Numbered from the stretch's first letter, positions 8,878 to 18,700 are shown. The stretch is DNA of 64,000 nt from an uncultured Candidatus Rokubacteria bacterium (GCA_963805625.1 CAWDVE010000013.1:320001-384000), one strand, 5' to 3'. Translations and numbers: made by a program. Notes: generated from the letters alone by a model not told the origin.

Positions 8878-10569
8878 CTACCCGTAGGTGAAGGGCTCGT
8901 GGTTCATCCCGTGGCAGAGGAGAAAGCACCGACCGGAGCCCGATCCGTTTGTCTCATACTCCAGGCGACCCTGGTTCTGGGAGGGCTGGACAACCGTCCG
9001 GCCGTCGGGATCGCGCAGCATGAAATTGATCAGGTGGGGGTTCCGCCGGGAGCCGTGGGCGTCGTGGCACACCGCGCAGGAGGCCTGGGCTCGGACGAGG
9101 TGGGCCTGATGAGGGAACTTTCCCGCTTGGTTGGCCAGGAACGCCGCCCGGTTGTGGCACTTGTAGCAGAGCGCATAGGCATCGGGCGCCTCGGGTGATG
9201 GATCGTTGGTGCGGAACTGGCGCTCGAGGATTGGCGCGAACGTGGAGCCGTGCGGACCCCGAGGGCGGTCCGCCCCCACGGCATCGTCGCTGTGACAATC
9301 GGAGCAGGTGACTCGGCTCGCGGCGGTGTAGCCGGCCTGGAAGCCCGAAGCGCCCGGATTCCGCCCGCGGGCGGCCACCGGGTGGAACGAAGCGTTGCCA
9401 GGATCCAGCTCGAGCCGCACGTTACGGACGTTGTCCTGGCGAACCATGCCGCGGGTCGTCTGGTCGCGAAGACCGTGGCAACGGTAGCACACCTCGGCCT
9501 CGCTGGCGGCCTCGTCGACGAGGCTCGCCGACTGCGTCACACCTGCCACCCCACGGAGCGGACCGGGCAGGCCTGGAGGCGCCACCCGCTCCCCGGTGGC
9601 CTCATGCGGGTTGTGACAGTCCGCGCAGGTTGCGTGCCGGGACATCGTCCGCGGGTCCTCGACCGGATCGTGGATCCCGTCCGTGGACGCGACGGGGTGA
9701 GCGCTCGCCTTGGCGATGGACGCCTCGACGTTCTTGCTGGCGAGGTTGCCATTGTGACAGACGAGACAGACGCCGCGCTGGGTCGAACGGGCAAGGAGTC
9801 GCGCAGCCTGCCCGGCGCTATGGGGCCAGTGGCAGTTCTCGCAGGCGTTGGTCGCCACGGTTAGATAGGGCGAGGTCGGCCAGGGGTCGGTGCCCCGGCC
9901 GTTCCACTCCTTGGTCGAGGTCGCATGACTCGACCCTGGCCAGTTCGCGAGCGTGTGGCAGGCGGTGCACAGCCTCCCGCCGCGATCGTCGATGCGGAGG
10001 AAGGCGCGGAAGCGATTCTCGTGCGGATCATGACAGGTCGTGCACTGAACCTGGCGTCGGGCGTCCAGGGCGACGCCCGGTGGAAGCCCAGTGGGATCCG
10101 CCAGCTCCCCGTGACCCGTGCTGAGGGCGCGCCCGTACTCGAACGAGATGGGGTGGTCGTCAGAGAGGTCGGTCCCCAGGTCGGCCCGCCCGCGGAGAGG
10201 GCCCAACGCCGGCCGCCCAGACCGCGGTGCGACTCGGAGGAGCCCGAGTGCGGTCGTGCCGTCATGGCACGACAGACACAGGCGGGAGGCACCGTTGGGC
10301 TGCCTCGGTTTCACCTGCAGGGTGGAGCTCCCATAGAGCCGGTAGGTTACGGGCGGCAGGGCGCGGTTCCACAGGGCGCGCGTCGTCGCGGCCCGGTGCG
10401 GGACATGGCAGAAGATACAGAGCTCCGTCGTCCCGGTGGCGCGCACCGGCCCGCGCCCAGTGGCCGACAGGTTGTGCACCGTGTCCACGATCGCGGCCCG
10501 TACCGCGCCAGGCACGAGGAAGAGAAGTGCGAGCACGATCAAAGCCGGGAGCGTCCCTCTCCTGTCCAC
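8878..10569 (-). CDS. About 12-heme cytochrome c with an N-terminal OmcE-like tetraheme domain
   Basis: 11 CxxCH plus CFLLCH; HNLS..CIFCHVPH..LWNR..CLSCHDG..DLSDDHPI; start approximate. Confidence 0.88.
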   Translation of the reverse strand: MDRRGTLPALIVLALLFLVPGAVRAAIVDTVHNLSATGRGPVRATGTTELCIFCHVPHRAATTRALWNRALPPVTYRLYGSSTLQVKPRQPNGASRLCLSCHDGTTALGLLRVAPRSGRPALGPLRGRADLGTDLSDDHPISFEYGRALSTGHGELADPTGLPPGVALDARRQVQCTTCHDPHENRFRAFLRIDDRGGRLCTACHTLANWPGSSHATSTKEWNGRGTDPWPTSPYLTVATNACENCHWPHSAGQAARLLARSTQRGVCLVCHNGNLASKNVEASIAKASAHPVASTDGIHDPVEDPRTMSRHATCADCHNPHEATGERVAPPGLPGPLRGVAGVTQSASLVDEAASEAEVCYRCHGLRDQTTRGMVRQDNVRNVRLELDPGNASFHPVAARGRNPGASGFQAGYTAASRVTCSDCHSDDAVGADRPRGPHGSTFAPILERQFRTNDPSPEAPDAYALCYKCHNRAAFLANQAGKFPHQAHLVRAQASCAVCHDAHGSRRNPHLINFMLRDPDGRTVVQPSQNQGRLEYETNGSGSGRCFLLCHGMNHEPFTYG

Positions 10570-10591
10570 GGCCAATGGCGAGGCCTCGCCC

Positions 10592-11662
10592 CTAACCACC
10601 AGCCTCCTCCGGTTCGCCTGGGGTCCGCGGCAGGTACTCGAAGACCTGGATGCGGCCGTTGTAGGCATCGGCTACGTAGATGCGGTCCATCGGGTCGATG
10701 AACAGGCCTCCGGGCAGCCAGAACTGCCCACGCCCGGCCCCGGCCTCGCCAAAGGTCAGGAGGAGACTGCCCTGCCGGTCAAACACCTGGACGGCGTCGA
10801 ACAGGGCCTCGACCACGTACACGTGCCCGTCGCTATCGAGAGCCACTCCTTTGGGGCTCGCGAAGTCGCCGGCGGTGTCGCCTTGGCGGCCGAAGTAGCC
10901 GCGCAGCACGCCGTCGGGCCCGAGCGCTTGCACACGGTAGCCCAGCGCGTCCGTCACCCAGAGGGTGCCGTCGGGCGCCAGCGCCAGGTGGGTGGGGTAA
11001 TTGAACTCTCCCGGATCCGTGCCCCGCACACCATAGGCGCCCACGGGACGACCGGCACCGTCGAGCACCCAGATCTGATGGGCCGCACTGTCGGCCACGT
11101 AGAGGCGGTCACGCGCGGCGTCGTAGGCCAGGCCGGCCGGCCGGCGAAAGCGAGGATCCGCGATGACGACCAGGGGCTGTCCGTCCGCCGCGTGGACCGA
11201 CACCACGGCCAGCGCGGAGTCAGCCAGGAATACGTGACCGCTCCGGGGGCCCGCCCCCAAGGCGAGGGCCACCGGCGAGGACAGCGGGCGTCCGCCCACC
11301 TCAGTCACGCGGGTCACCCGCTTGTTCGGTGCGTCCCAGACCCACAGCGCCGGCGCCCCGGGGTCGGCCATGTAGAGAATGCCGTCACGTGCGGCGATGC
11401 CGGTCGGCCGCACCAGCCTACGGCCCTCGGCGCCGGCCACGACGCGCACCGCCCGATCCCAGAGCGATGGCTGAATGCCGAGGTCCTCGGGTGCGGCCAC
11501 GGCGGCCACCCAGCGGATGCGCGGGCGAGCCGGCGGGGCTGGCCACGCCACCGGCCCGCCTCCAGTCTCCTGCGCGGGGTCGGGCGGCCGGGCGGCTCGC
11601 TCGCAGGCGGGCGCGAGCAGGGTCACCCCCGCCAGGAGGGCCAGGACTAGGCGTCTGGACAT
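10592..11662 (-). CDS. NHL-repeat beta-propeller lipoprotein
   Basis: Lipobox-like LAPAC; repeated F..P.G.A...G..YV.D..N.R.QVF units. Confidence 0.9.
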   Translation of the reverse strand: MSRRLVLALLAGVTLLAPACERAARPPDPAQETGGGPVAWPAPPARPRIRWVAAVAAPEDLGIQPSLWDRAVRVVAGAEGRRLVRPTGIAARDGILYMADPGAPALWVWDAPNKRVTRVTEVGGRPLSSPVALALGAGPRSGHVFLADSALAVVSVHAADGQPLVVIADPRFRRPAGLAYDAARDRLYVADSAAHQIWVLDGAGRPVGAYGVRGTDPGEFNYPTHLALAPDGTLWVTDALGYRVQALGPDGVLRGYFGRQGDTAGDFASPKGVALDSDGHVYVVEALFDAVQVFDRQGSLLLTFGEAGAGRGQFWLPGGLFIDPMDRIYVADAYNGRIQVFEYLPRTPGEPEEAGG

Positions 11663-11675
11663 GGCGGTCCCCGCC

Positions 11676-13724
11676 TCAGAAGCGGCGGATGACCTGGACG
11701 GTCACCCGGTACTCGCGTGTGTCGGTGTCCCCGCGCTGCCGGTCGAATAGCTCGACGGCGGGGGCCACTTCCAGCTTGCGGAAGCGCCAACGGACGCGCA
11801 CGCGAGCCTCCCAGGCCTCCTCCGTGGGGAACAAGGTGTCCTGGAGCCGCTGATAGCCGCCCCCGGCCTCGGCGATCAGATCGCCAGGCAGCAGCCAGGT
11901 GAAGAGCGCCCGGCCAGCCAGCCGCTGGCTTGTCCGGTCCTCGCTCCGGTAATATTCCACGGACTCCTCGCCAGTCAGGGTCAGCGTCACGTCCCGCGCC
12001 AGGGTGATGGTGACCAGCTCCGTTGCCAGCAGGCGGTCGTAAGCCAGCTGTGTCGAGTCGTACCGTCGGGCCTCGCCGAGAAGGCTGGCGGTCAACCAGG
12101 GCCCGTCGTGGCGCAGCTCGACGCCCACGGCACTCGTCTCCTGGTCGTCCAGGAAGCGGTCGTCGTGCCCCGAGAGGAGGTGCTCGTCGGAGCGGTCGTA
12201 GAGGGCGAACGCTCGGATCCAGCCATAGTCCACAGAGACGTCGGCACGGAACCCGACAGTTGCGAAAGTGAGGGAGGGCGAGACCTCGAACCGATAGTCG
12301 ACCGCGATGATGTCGCCAGGATTCAGGCCGGGCGTCGTCCCCGCACAGGGCAACGGCACGATCTCCGTGCGACTCCCCACCGTCCGCAGCGTGTAGTCAC
12401 GACCCTCGACCAGCGGCGTGGGTGGCCCCGGCGCCGGGAAGCACCCCAACGGGAGTGGCCCCGTAGCGACCTTCGTCACTACCACGGACGTCTCGATCAC
12501 GAACGGGTTCCGGAGGCTGATGGGGAGGGCGAACGGACTGGTCAGTGTGTGGGGTTCCTGAGGCACGAAGGTTTCCGGGCTCTCGAAGTGGTCGGCCTCG
12601 TACTCGAGGTTCCCGCCGAGACCAACCTGGAGCTGCCCGTCCCCCGGCAGGCGCTTTGTATAGACCGTGGCCAGGCGCCCGGAAACCCGGTCCCGTTCGC
12701 CACCCTCGAGCTGCTGGACGGTGCCGTCGATGGCCGCCGTCGTGCGCAGGCTCTCCCACAGCTGGTGGCGCAGGGCGGCGGCGGCCGTGTGCACTGTCTC
12801 GGCTCCGCCCACCGAGTCGGTGTAGGTGAAGAAGTAACGATAGGAGCTCTGCAGGGTCGGCGTGTGGTCGATCCGGAGGCCGGCGTCGAAGAGGGCGGTC
12901 GTGAGATCGATTCCCGAGACCCCGTCGGCGTCACCGCCGTCGCGACGGTACGCGCGGGCCCGCACATCGCCGTGCCACGTGCGCTCGGGCCCCAGGTCTA
13001 TGCCGTAGGCGACGTTGGCTTCGTGGCTCTGATAGTCCAGGTTCGGGAAGACGTGGTCCACGAGGTTGAGGAACTCGTAGCGCAACTCGAGGTCGCTATC
13101 TATCCACCCGCGACGCCCCTGATAGGTGACGAACGTCCGGTCCTCGTCGCGGGTGGCCACGAAATCGACGCCTTGCGACTCCTCGTCGACCAGCTCCTGC
13201 CGCACCGTGAGCACGGAGGGGATAGGCAACCAGCGCGCCTCCAGCGTCGCGCCGCGCGTCTCCAGCTCTAGCTGGCTTGCACCCGGACGCCCGAGCGGCA
13301 ACAGCGACTGGGAGCGGGTGGCGAAAAGCCGGAGGGCCAGTGGCTCGTCCCGCAGGAAGTCGGCGGCCAGGTCGTACCCCCACAGAGTACCGTCGCTGAA
13401 CGCAATGTCGCCTCCCCCCACCCCGGTGACCCACTCCTGGGAGAGGCCGAAAGAGCCCTCGACCGAGAGGGTGAGCAGGCGCGGGTCGCGGATGTGGATG
13501 GCCGGATTCCGGATCGTCAGGATCTCTTGGAGCAGCGCGTCCTCGAAGCGCTCGGTCGACCCCCGCCCTTGCTGGGCTCGCTCGAGGTCGTAGGTGAACA
13601 GCATCTCTAGACTCCCCTCCCAGGGGCTCGGGATGATCATCTGCGCAGCTGCCGGTCCGCCCGCGACGAGCACGACGACCACCAGCGCGACCCGCGGCAG
13701 GCCCGTCGGTCTGGGCCGCCTCAC
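11676..13724 (-). CDS. Outer-membrane beta-barrel (porin of a porin-cytochrome conduit) with an inserted loop domain
   Basis: Signal peptide; alternating amphipathic strands; terminal Phe (VQVIRRF); GTGA overlap at 13721-13724. Confidence 0.75.
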   Translation of the reverse strand: MRRPRPTGLPRVALVVVVLVAGGPAAAQMIIPSPWEGSLEMLFTYDLERAQQGRGSTERFEDALLQEILTIRNPAIHIRDPRLLTLSVEGSFGLSQEWVTGVGGGDIAFSDGTLWGYDLAADFLRDEPLALRLFATRSQSLLPLGRPGASQLELETRGATLEARWLPIPSVLTVRQELVDEESQGVDFVATRDEDRTFVTYQGRRGWIDSDLELRYEFLNLVDHVFPNLDYQSHEANVAYGIDLGPERTWHGDVRARAYRRDGGDADGVSGIDLTTALFDAGLRIDHTPTLQSSYRYFFTYTDSVGGAETVHTAAAALRHQLWESLRTTAAIDGTVQQLEGGERDRVSGRLATVYTKRLPGDGQLQVGLGGNLEYEADHFESPETFVPQEPHTLTSPFALPISLRNPFVIETSVVVTKVATGPLPLGCFPAPGPPTPLVEGRDYTLRTVGSRTEIVPLPCAGTTPGLNPGDIIAVDYRFEVSPSLTFATVGFRADVSVDYGWIRAFALYDRSDEHLLSGHDDRFLDDQETSAVGVELRHDGPWLTASLLGEARRYDSTQLAYDRLLATELVTITLARDVTLTLTGEESVEYYRSEDRTSQRLAGRALFTWLLPGDLIAEAGGGYQRLQDTLFPTEEAWEARVRVRWRFRKLEVAPAVELFDRQRGDTDTREYRVTVQVIRRF

Positions 13725-14113
13725 CGGGCTACGTGACAGCGGGTGCAGGTCTCGAAGCTGATGCCCCAGGCCGTGCGGCCGTCGTGGCAGCCGCCGCACG
13801 CCTGGCCCTTGGCCATAGCATCATGCGTGAGAGGTGTCGCGGCCGTCCCGATCTCCCCGGGGTGGCAGACGTAGCAGCGATAGCGGATCCGGTGGATCCA
13901 GTGTGGGAAGGTCGCGGGTGGGGGCTCCGTGGGTCCCGCAGGCGCCCGCTTGAGCACGACGAGGCCCTCTTGGGCGGTGGCGCGGGTGGCCAAGGCGCCT
14001 GCCAGGATAGCCGGGAGAACGAGCGCAGCCCATCCGAGGCGACGCGGAAACCAGGGGGAGTCGAACGGGTGACATGGGCCGTCCCCCGGCCGACCGGCAA
14101 TCGGGACGTTCAT
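13721..14113 (-). CDS. c7-type triheme cytochrome
   Basis: FPHWIH, CYVCH, CGGCH, CTRCH; hydrophobic signal. Confidence 0.88.
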   Translation of the reverse strand: MNVPIAGRPGDGPCHPFDSPWFPRRLGWAALVLPAILAGALATRATAQEGLVVLKRAPAGPTEPPPATFPHWIHRIRYRCYVCHPGEIGTAATPLTHDAMAKGQACGGCHDGRTAWGISFETCTRCHVAR

Positions 14114-14118
14114 GGCCC

Positions 14119-15255
14119 TTAGCCTCCGAGGCCCGGATGACACTTGACGCATGCATCGGACGGGAACGCCACGGTACCGTGGCACCGCCCGCACAGCTGG
14201 CCGCCATCGATCTGAGCCATCGAGATCGGAGTGACGCCCGCCTCCTGAGCGAACGGTGTTGGGTGACAGCTGTCACAGACCAGGAGCGCAGTGTGGCTCG
14301 CGTGGCGGAACACAACCTTGAGCTCCTCTCCCCCCTTGGGTGTTCGCTCGACGTCGAGGTCGAGGACCTCGGGCGGTGCCGCTCCCCCGTCCGGCCCGTT
14401 CTTGGGGGCCAAGAGGCCGTCGGCAAGGGCGCGAGTCCAGTCGGGCACCTCCTCGTTCACCGGGATTCGTGCCTTGGCCTCCGCCCACGTACGGGCCTGC
14501 TCGAGCGGTGCCCCGGCAGGCGGGCGCTGCCAGCTGTCACGGGCGGGAATCCGCAGGTGGCAGCGCGCGCAGTTCTCGAAGGAAAACGCGACCCTGCCGT
14601 GACACACACCGCAGGCCGGGGGCTCGGGGATGGCGGACGCCGTGGTGGCGGTGGTGCGCATCTTCTGTGACCCGCCGCGCAGGTGGCCGATCCCCGCTGA
14701 GAGCCACTCCACCGGGAAGGTACCCGGATGGCAGCTCGTGCACGCCAGCCACTGGGTGTGGATGGCGTGGGGAGCCTGGACCTCGAACAGTCGGCTCGCC
14801 CGGTCGGAGACGAGGCGGACGTCCAACTCGTAGACGGGTCTGGCGGGCGAGTCGGGTGCCAGGGCGGCCTGCGGATGGAGGAGGCCCTGGCCCACAGCCG
14901 CCTCCCAGTCAGCCCCGCCACCAGGGTGGGTCGGAAGCAGTCGGCGAGCGTCCTCCCAGGTCCGGGCCTCCTCCAGAGGCGATGTCGCCCCTGTCCGGCG
15001 GGCGTCCTGGCGACGCGCTTCGGCCGCGGCCCGCAAGTCCGCCACCTCGCGCCTGAGTTCCTCCACCTCGCGAGTCAGGTCCTGCTGGATCCGGCGGGTC
15101 GGCGGGAGGGCGCCTGGCTCGGGCACCCCGTCGAAGAAATAGGGCAGGATCCGCTGCCGGGCTTCGGGGCTGCAGGCTGCGAGCGCCGCCAGGGCCAGGC
15201 CGAAGCCCACGGCCAGGCGCGCCCCCCGCTTCGCGTTGCGGCAGCCGCCGCTCAC
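14119..15255 (-). CDS. Hexaheme (two c7 domains) lipoprotein cytochrome with a coiled coil
   Basis: Lipobox LAAC; 6 CxxCH; duplicated PLE.ARTW..A...P.......DW..A...GLL.P module. Confidence 0.88.
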   Translation of the reverse strand: MSGGCRNAKRGARLAVGFGLALAALAACSPEARQRILPYFFDGVPEPGALPPTRRIQQDLTREVEELRREVADLRAAAEARRQDARRTGATSPLEEARTWEDARRLLPTHPGGGADWEAAVGQGLLHPQAALAPDSPARPVYELDVRLVSDRASRLFEVQAPHAIHTQWLACTSCHPGTFPVEWLSAGIGHLRGGSQKMRTTATTASAIPEPPACGVCHGRVAFSFENCARCHLRIPARDSWQRPPAGAPLEQARTWAEAKARIPVNEEVPDWTRALADGLLAPKNGPDGGAAPPEVLDLDVERTPKGGEELKVVFRHASHTALLVCDSCHPTPFAQEAGVTPISMAQIDGGQLCGRCHGTVAFPSDACVKCHPGLGG

Positions 15256-15998
15256 TTGATGTGGCACTTCAGGCAGAGGTACTCAGTACTCACCCCGCCC
15301 AGATAGCCGAGGAGGAACTTGTCATCCACGGCCGCCCGATTGTGGGGATCGTGGCACGATGAGCACTCCATGCCCGTCCGGCCGACCACCGGGCCGTTGG
15401 CCACGCGGCCGAAGCCGTCGTCGTGGTAGAGGCGGACGCCCAACGTGGTGGGGTCGGGCTGCCAGTCGCGCAGGGCCACCTCGCGCCCGGTCCGGACGCC
15501 GTTGTAGGTATTGCGGGCCTGGCGGTAGGGGTAGGGCATGGCCACCGGGTGATTCCCCGTTAGGTTGCCGCCGGACCCGATGTTGGCCGGGTTGAGCACG
15601 CCGATGCGACCCTGAGCGAAGTTTTCCGGAGCCCCGTTCCACCACCCGACGTCGCCGACCGCAACGCTGCCGTCGTGGCAGGACAGGCACTTGATGGTCG
15701 GCCCCCCGAAGGTGTCGCTACGGAAGGTGGGGAACGGTGTGCCGGCAGTGGTGGAGGGCACGTCCCAATGAAACGTGTTCGGCGATAGCCGTTGGTTCCA
15801 CAAGAGGCGCGTCGAGCTGGCCCGGTGCGGCGTGTGGCAGAAGGTGCAGAGACCCGAGGCCGGCGACCCCTGGCCGGCGAAATCGTGCCTGGTCCCGCGG
15901 ATCCCAGTCCCGGGAGCCTGGGCGACGGCCGGCGGGACGAATACGGCGCCCGCAGCGAGCAGCACCAGAACTACGACCCGGCGGTGGCAAGCGGTCAC
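15252..15998 (-). CDS. omcE: OmcE-like tetraheme extracellular cytochrome (nanowire candidate)
   Basis: I.GT.HD..CTFCHTPH..LWN..CLSCHDG..NHPV..ECSSCHDPH..FL..LCLKCH matches the Geobacter OmcE motif order and size as recalled. Confidence 0.78.
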   Translation of the reverse strand: MTACHRRVVVLVLLAAGAVFVPPAVAQAPGTGIRGTRHDFAGQGSPASGLCTFCHTPHRASSTRLLWNQRLSPNTFHWDVPSTTAGTPFPTFRSDTFGGPTIKCLSCHDGSVAVGDVGWWNGAPENFAQGRIGVLNPANIGSGGNLTGNHPVAMPYPYRQARNTYNGVRTGREVALRDWQPDPTTLGVRLYHDDGFGRVANGPVVGRTGMECSSCHDPHNRAAVDDKFLLGYLGGVSTEYLCLKCHIK

Positions 15999-17101
15999 GG
16001 GGGCACCTCCGCGCGCACGGCCTCAACCTCAGTCTCCTCGGCGGTAGTGTTGACCAGACGGTAGACCTCCACGCGGTGGTTCATGAAGTCGGCCACGTAG
16101 ATGCGGTTCTCGCGGTCAATCGCGATGGCAGTGGGATTCTTGAGCATGCCCGGAAGCGGCCCTCGGCCGCCAAAGAACAGGAGCACTCGGCCGCGCCGAT
16201 CGAAGATCTGCACATTGCTCCACCCCGAGTCCACCACGTACACGTGCCCGAACGTGTCGAGCGCCAAGCCCTTCGGTACGTCGAACATCCCCCACGCCGT
16301 CCCACGGGCACCGATCACCCCCACTGGCCGACCCTCGGGGTCGAAGATCTGTACGCGCCCGTTGATGGTGTCGGTCACGTAGAGCCTACCGTCCCGGTCC
16401 ACGGCCGCATACGTCGGGAACAGGAACTGCCCTGGGTCGACGCCCTTGCCGCGTCCGATCACGCCCACCAGGGACCCGGTCGCGTCGAAGACCTTGACCG
16501 TGTGCTCGGTCGAGCGGCTGGAGCCCGTGTCGACGACGTAGAGTCGACCTCGGGCCCGATCGAGCGCCAGGCCCACGGGGCGCTCAAGCGTCGGGTGCCC
16601 GATCGTCGCGACACGCTGACCGGCGAGGTCGAACACCTGGACGACGCGGCGCACCTGCTCGGCGACATAGAGGCGACCGTCCGCGTCCACGGCGAGCCCC
16701 GTCGGGCGCCCCAGGGGCTCGTCGCCCCCGACGCGGCTCACGCCCCCGCGCGCGAGGTCGAAGGCAAAGACGGCGCCCTGGGCGGGGTCAGCCACGTACA
16801 GACGGGTACCGTCGTCCGTGACCGCCAGCCCGAGTGGCTCGGCCAGGCGGAGGGGTGTGGGAGATTCCCCGCCCAGGAAGTCGAGCCAGCGCCGACGCGA
16901 CCCTGGGACGTCCCCCTCCCCGATCAGGCTCCGAACGTGCTCGATGCGGGCGACCTCCGGGGGTGGCGGCCAGACCGGACGGGTCGGCGGCTCCGCCACG
17001 GGTGGAGCCGCGCACCCAGCAGCCAGGAGCCCGGCGGCTAGGATCCGGGCAGCGGTGCGCGAAAGCGCCACCCTCACCTTCGGCGGACCCGACCGGGTCA
17101 T
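15995..17101 (-). CDS. NHL-repeat beta-propeller lipoprotein (paralog of 10592-11662)
   Basis: Lipobox LAAGC; WPPPP..ARI; NHL repeats. Confidence 0.9.
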   Translation of the reverse strand: MTRSGPPKVRVALSRTAARILAAGLLAAGCAAPPVAEPPTRPVWPPPPEVARIEHVRSLIGEGDVPGSRRRWLDFLGGESPTPLRLAEPLGLAVTDDGTRLYVADPAQGAVFAFDLARGGVSRVGGDEPLGRPTGLAVDADGRLYVAEQVRRVVQVFDLAGQRVATIGHPTLERPVGLALDRARGRLYVVDTGSSRSTEHTVKVFDATGSLVGVIGRGKGVDPGQFLFPTYAAVDRDGRLYVTDTINGRVQIFDPEGRPVGVIGARGTAWGMFDVPKGLALDTFGHVYVVDSGWSNVQIFDRRGRVLLFFGGRGPLPGMLKNPTAIAIDRENRIYVADFMNHRVEVYRLVNTTAEETEVEAVRAEVPP

Positions 17102-17230
17102 GGCCCCATGCTAGCGCAGCGTCCGTCTCCGCTCCAAGGTCCCGGAGCGCCGCCGCGGCTCCTCAGCTGACGAGAGCCGAATGCATCATGTGGGCGTTGG
17201 GCGGTTCGTGGGCATCTTCCACGACGGGGC

Positions 17231-17323
17231 GAGGTGCCGCCGCGCCAGCATCTCCGGATCCAGGCGGCATTCCAGCGCCACGTGGAGAATGCCCTCTCGA
17301 AGACCATTAATCTGCCCGAGGAA
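17231..17323 (+). pseudogene. Short remnant of a ribonucleotide reductase large subunit
   Basis: Translates as EVPPRQHLRIQAAFQRHVENALSKTINLPEE, the conserved QAAFQ.H.D.A.SKT.N.P segment; no start codon or flanking domains. Confidence 0.7.
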
Positions 17324-17480
17324 TCGAGCGCCGACCCAAACCCCGAGCGATTGAGGAGGCGTCCTCACACCAATTCTTGCGGGCTCGGCGATCCTTGACC
17401 CTCTGAGAGCCTCCAGGTACGCTCGGTCCACTCTTGGCGTGGCAATACACTGACCGGACTGCGTGAGGGAGGTCCGGCCG

Positions 17481-18154
17481 ATGAACTGTCCCCGGTGCCA
17501 GCACGAGAACGAGGCGGGCGCGAAGTTCTGCGAGGAATGCGCCGCGCCGCTGGCCCGGGCGTGCGCCAATTGCGGTCGGCCACTGTCGCCGACAGCGAAG
17601 TTCTGCCCCGAGTGTGCGCACCCAACCGGCCCATCTGCCGCGTCGGCTCCGGCTCCGCGATTCGACGCCCCTGAGTCCTACACCCCCAAGCACCTCGCCG
17701 AGAAGATCCTCACCTCCAAGAGCGCGCTGGAGGGCGAGCGCAAGCTGGTGACGGTGCTCTTCGCCGACCTCAAGGGCTCGAGGCGCGGCGCCTGGGCGAC
17801 CGCGCGGTCGAATCCTCTCCGGAGCACCACGGGTTCGCGGCCCATGCGCGGCACCTGCTCGGCGACATCGCGAACCATCCCGACCGGTTCGACGCCCAGA
17901 GCGGCGAGGCTCACTACCGCGAGGCGCTGGCCCTCGCCGAGCCGCGCGGCATGCGCCCCCTCGTCGCGCACTGCCACCTGGGCCTCGGCGAACTCTATCG
18001 ACGTGCAAGCAAGCGCCCGCAGGCGCAGGAGCACCTCACCACCGCGACGACCATGTACCACCAGATGGGCATGAATTTCTGGCTGGAGAAGTCAGAGGCG
18101 GCGATGGGACCGCCCCATAGGGACTCACCGGTGCCCCCGGCAGTCACCCGCTGA
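17481..18154 (+). pseudogene. Double zinc-ribbon/adenylate cyclase/AAA/TPR gene with a large internal deletion
   Basis: MNCPRC..CEEC..CANC..CPEC..GERKLVTVLFADLKGS joined out of frame (~17780) to the family C-terminus GMRPLVAHCHLGLG..MY..M.M.FWLE. Confidence 0.88.
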
Positions 18155-18181
18155 GCCCGACCCGGTGCAGGAGGTTCGAGC

Positions 18182-18700
18182 GTGGCAGCGAGGCTTCCCT
18201 ACGTCGAGCGAGAGCAGGTGCCCGCCGAGGTGCAGGCGACGTACGACCGGGTCGCGAAGTGCGGCGGTCGGGGGCTGAACTTCTACCGGCTCATGGCCCA
18301 CCATGCCCGGTCGGTGCCCCCGTTCGCCCAGTGGTACGCAGCGCTCCGCGAGGGCGCCCTCGATCCGAAGCTGCGGCAGCTCGCCTACGTTCGGGCATCG
18401 CAGCTCAATCGGTGCCGCTACTGTATGATGCACCACTCGGCCCTCGGACAGAGGCTCGGAGTCTCTCGGGAGCAGCTCGAGGTCCTGCCCGACTTCGAGA
18501 CGAGCCCCCTGTTCTCGGAGCTCGAGCGCCTGGTGCTCCGCTACGCGGAGCAGATGACGGTGCGAGTCCAGGTCGACGGCACCCTCGTCGAGGCGCTGCG
18601 CGGCCATCTCTCGCTTGAGGCGCTGGTGCACACCCTGAGCATCGCGGCCGCGAACTTCACCAACCGATTCAACGAGGCGCTGGGGACCGAGCTGGAACCA
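18182..18700 (+). CDS. AhpD/carboxymuconolactone decarboxylase family protein, natural stop apparently lost
   Basis: RLPYV, ASQLNRCRYC..HH, NRFNEAL; the ORF runs on to 19627 antisense to the patatin gene. Confidence 0.75.
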
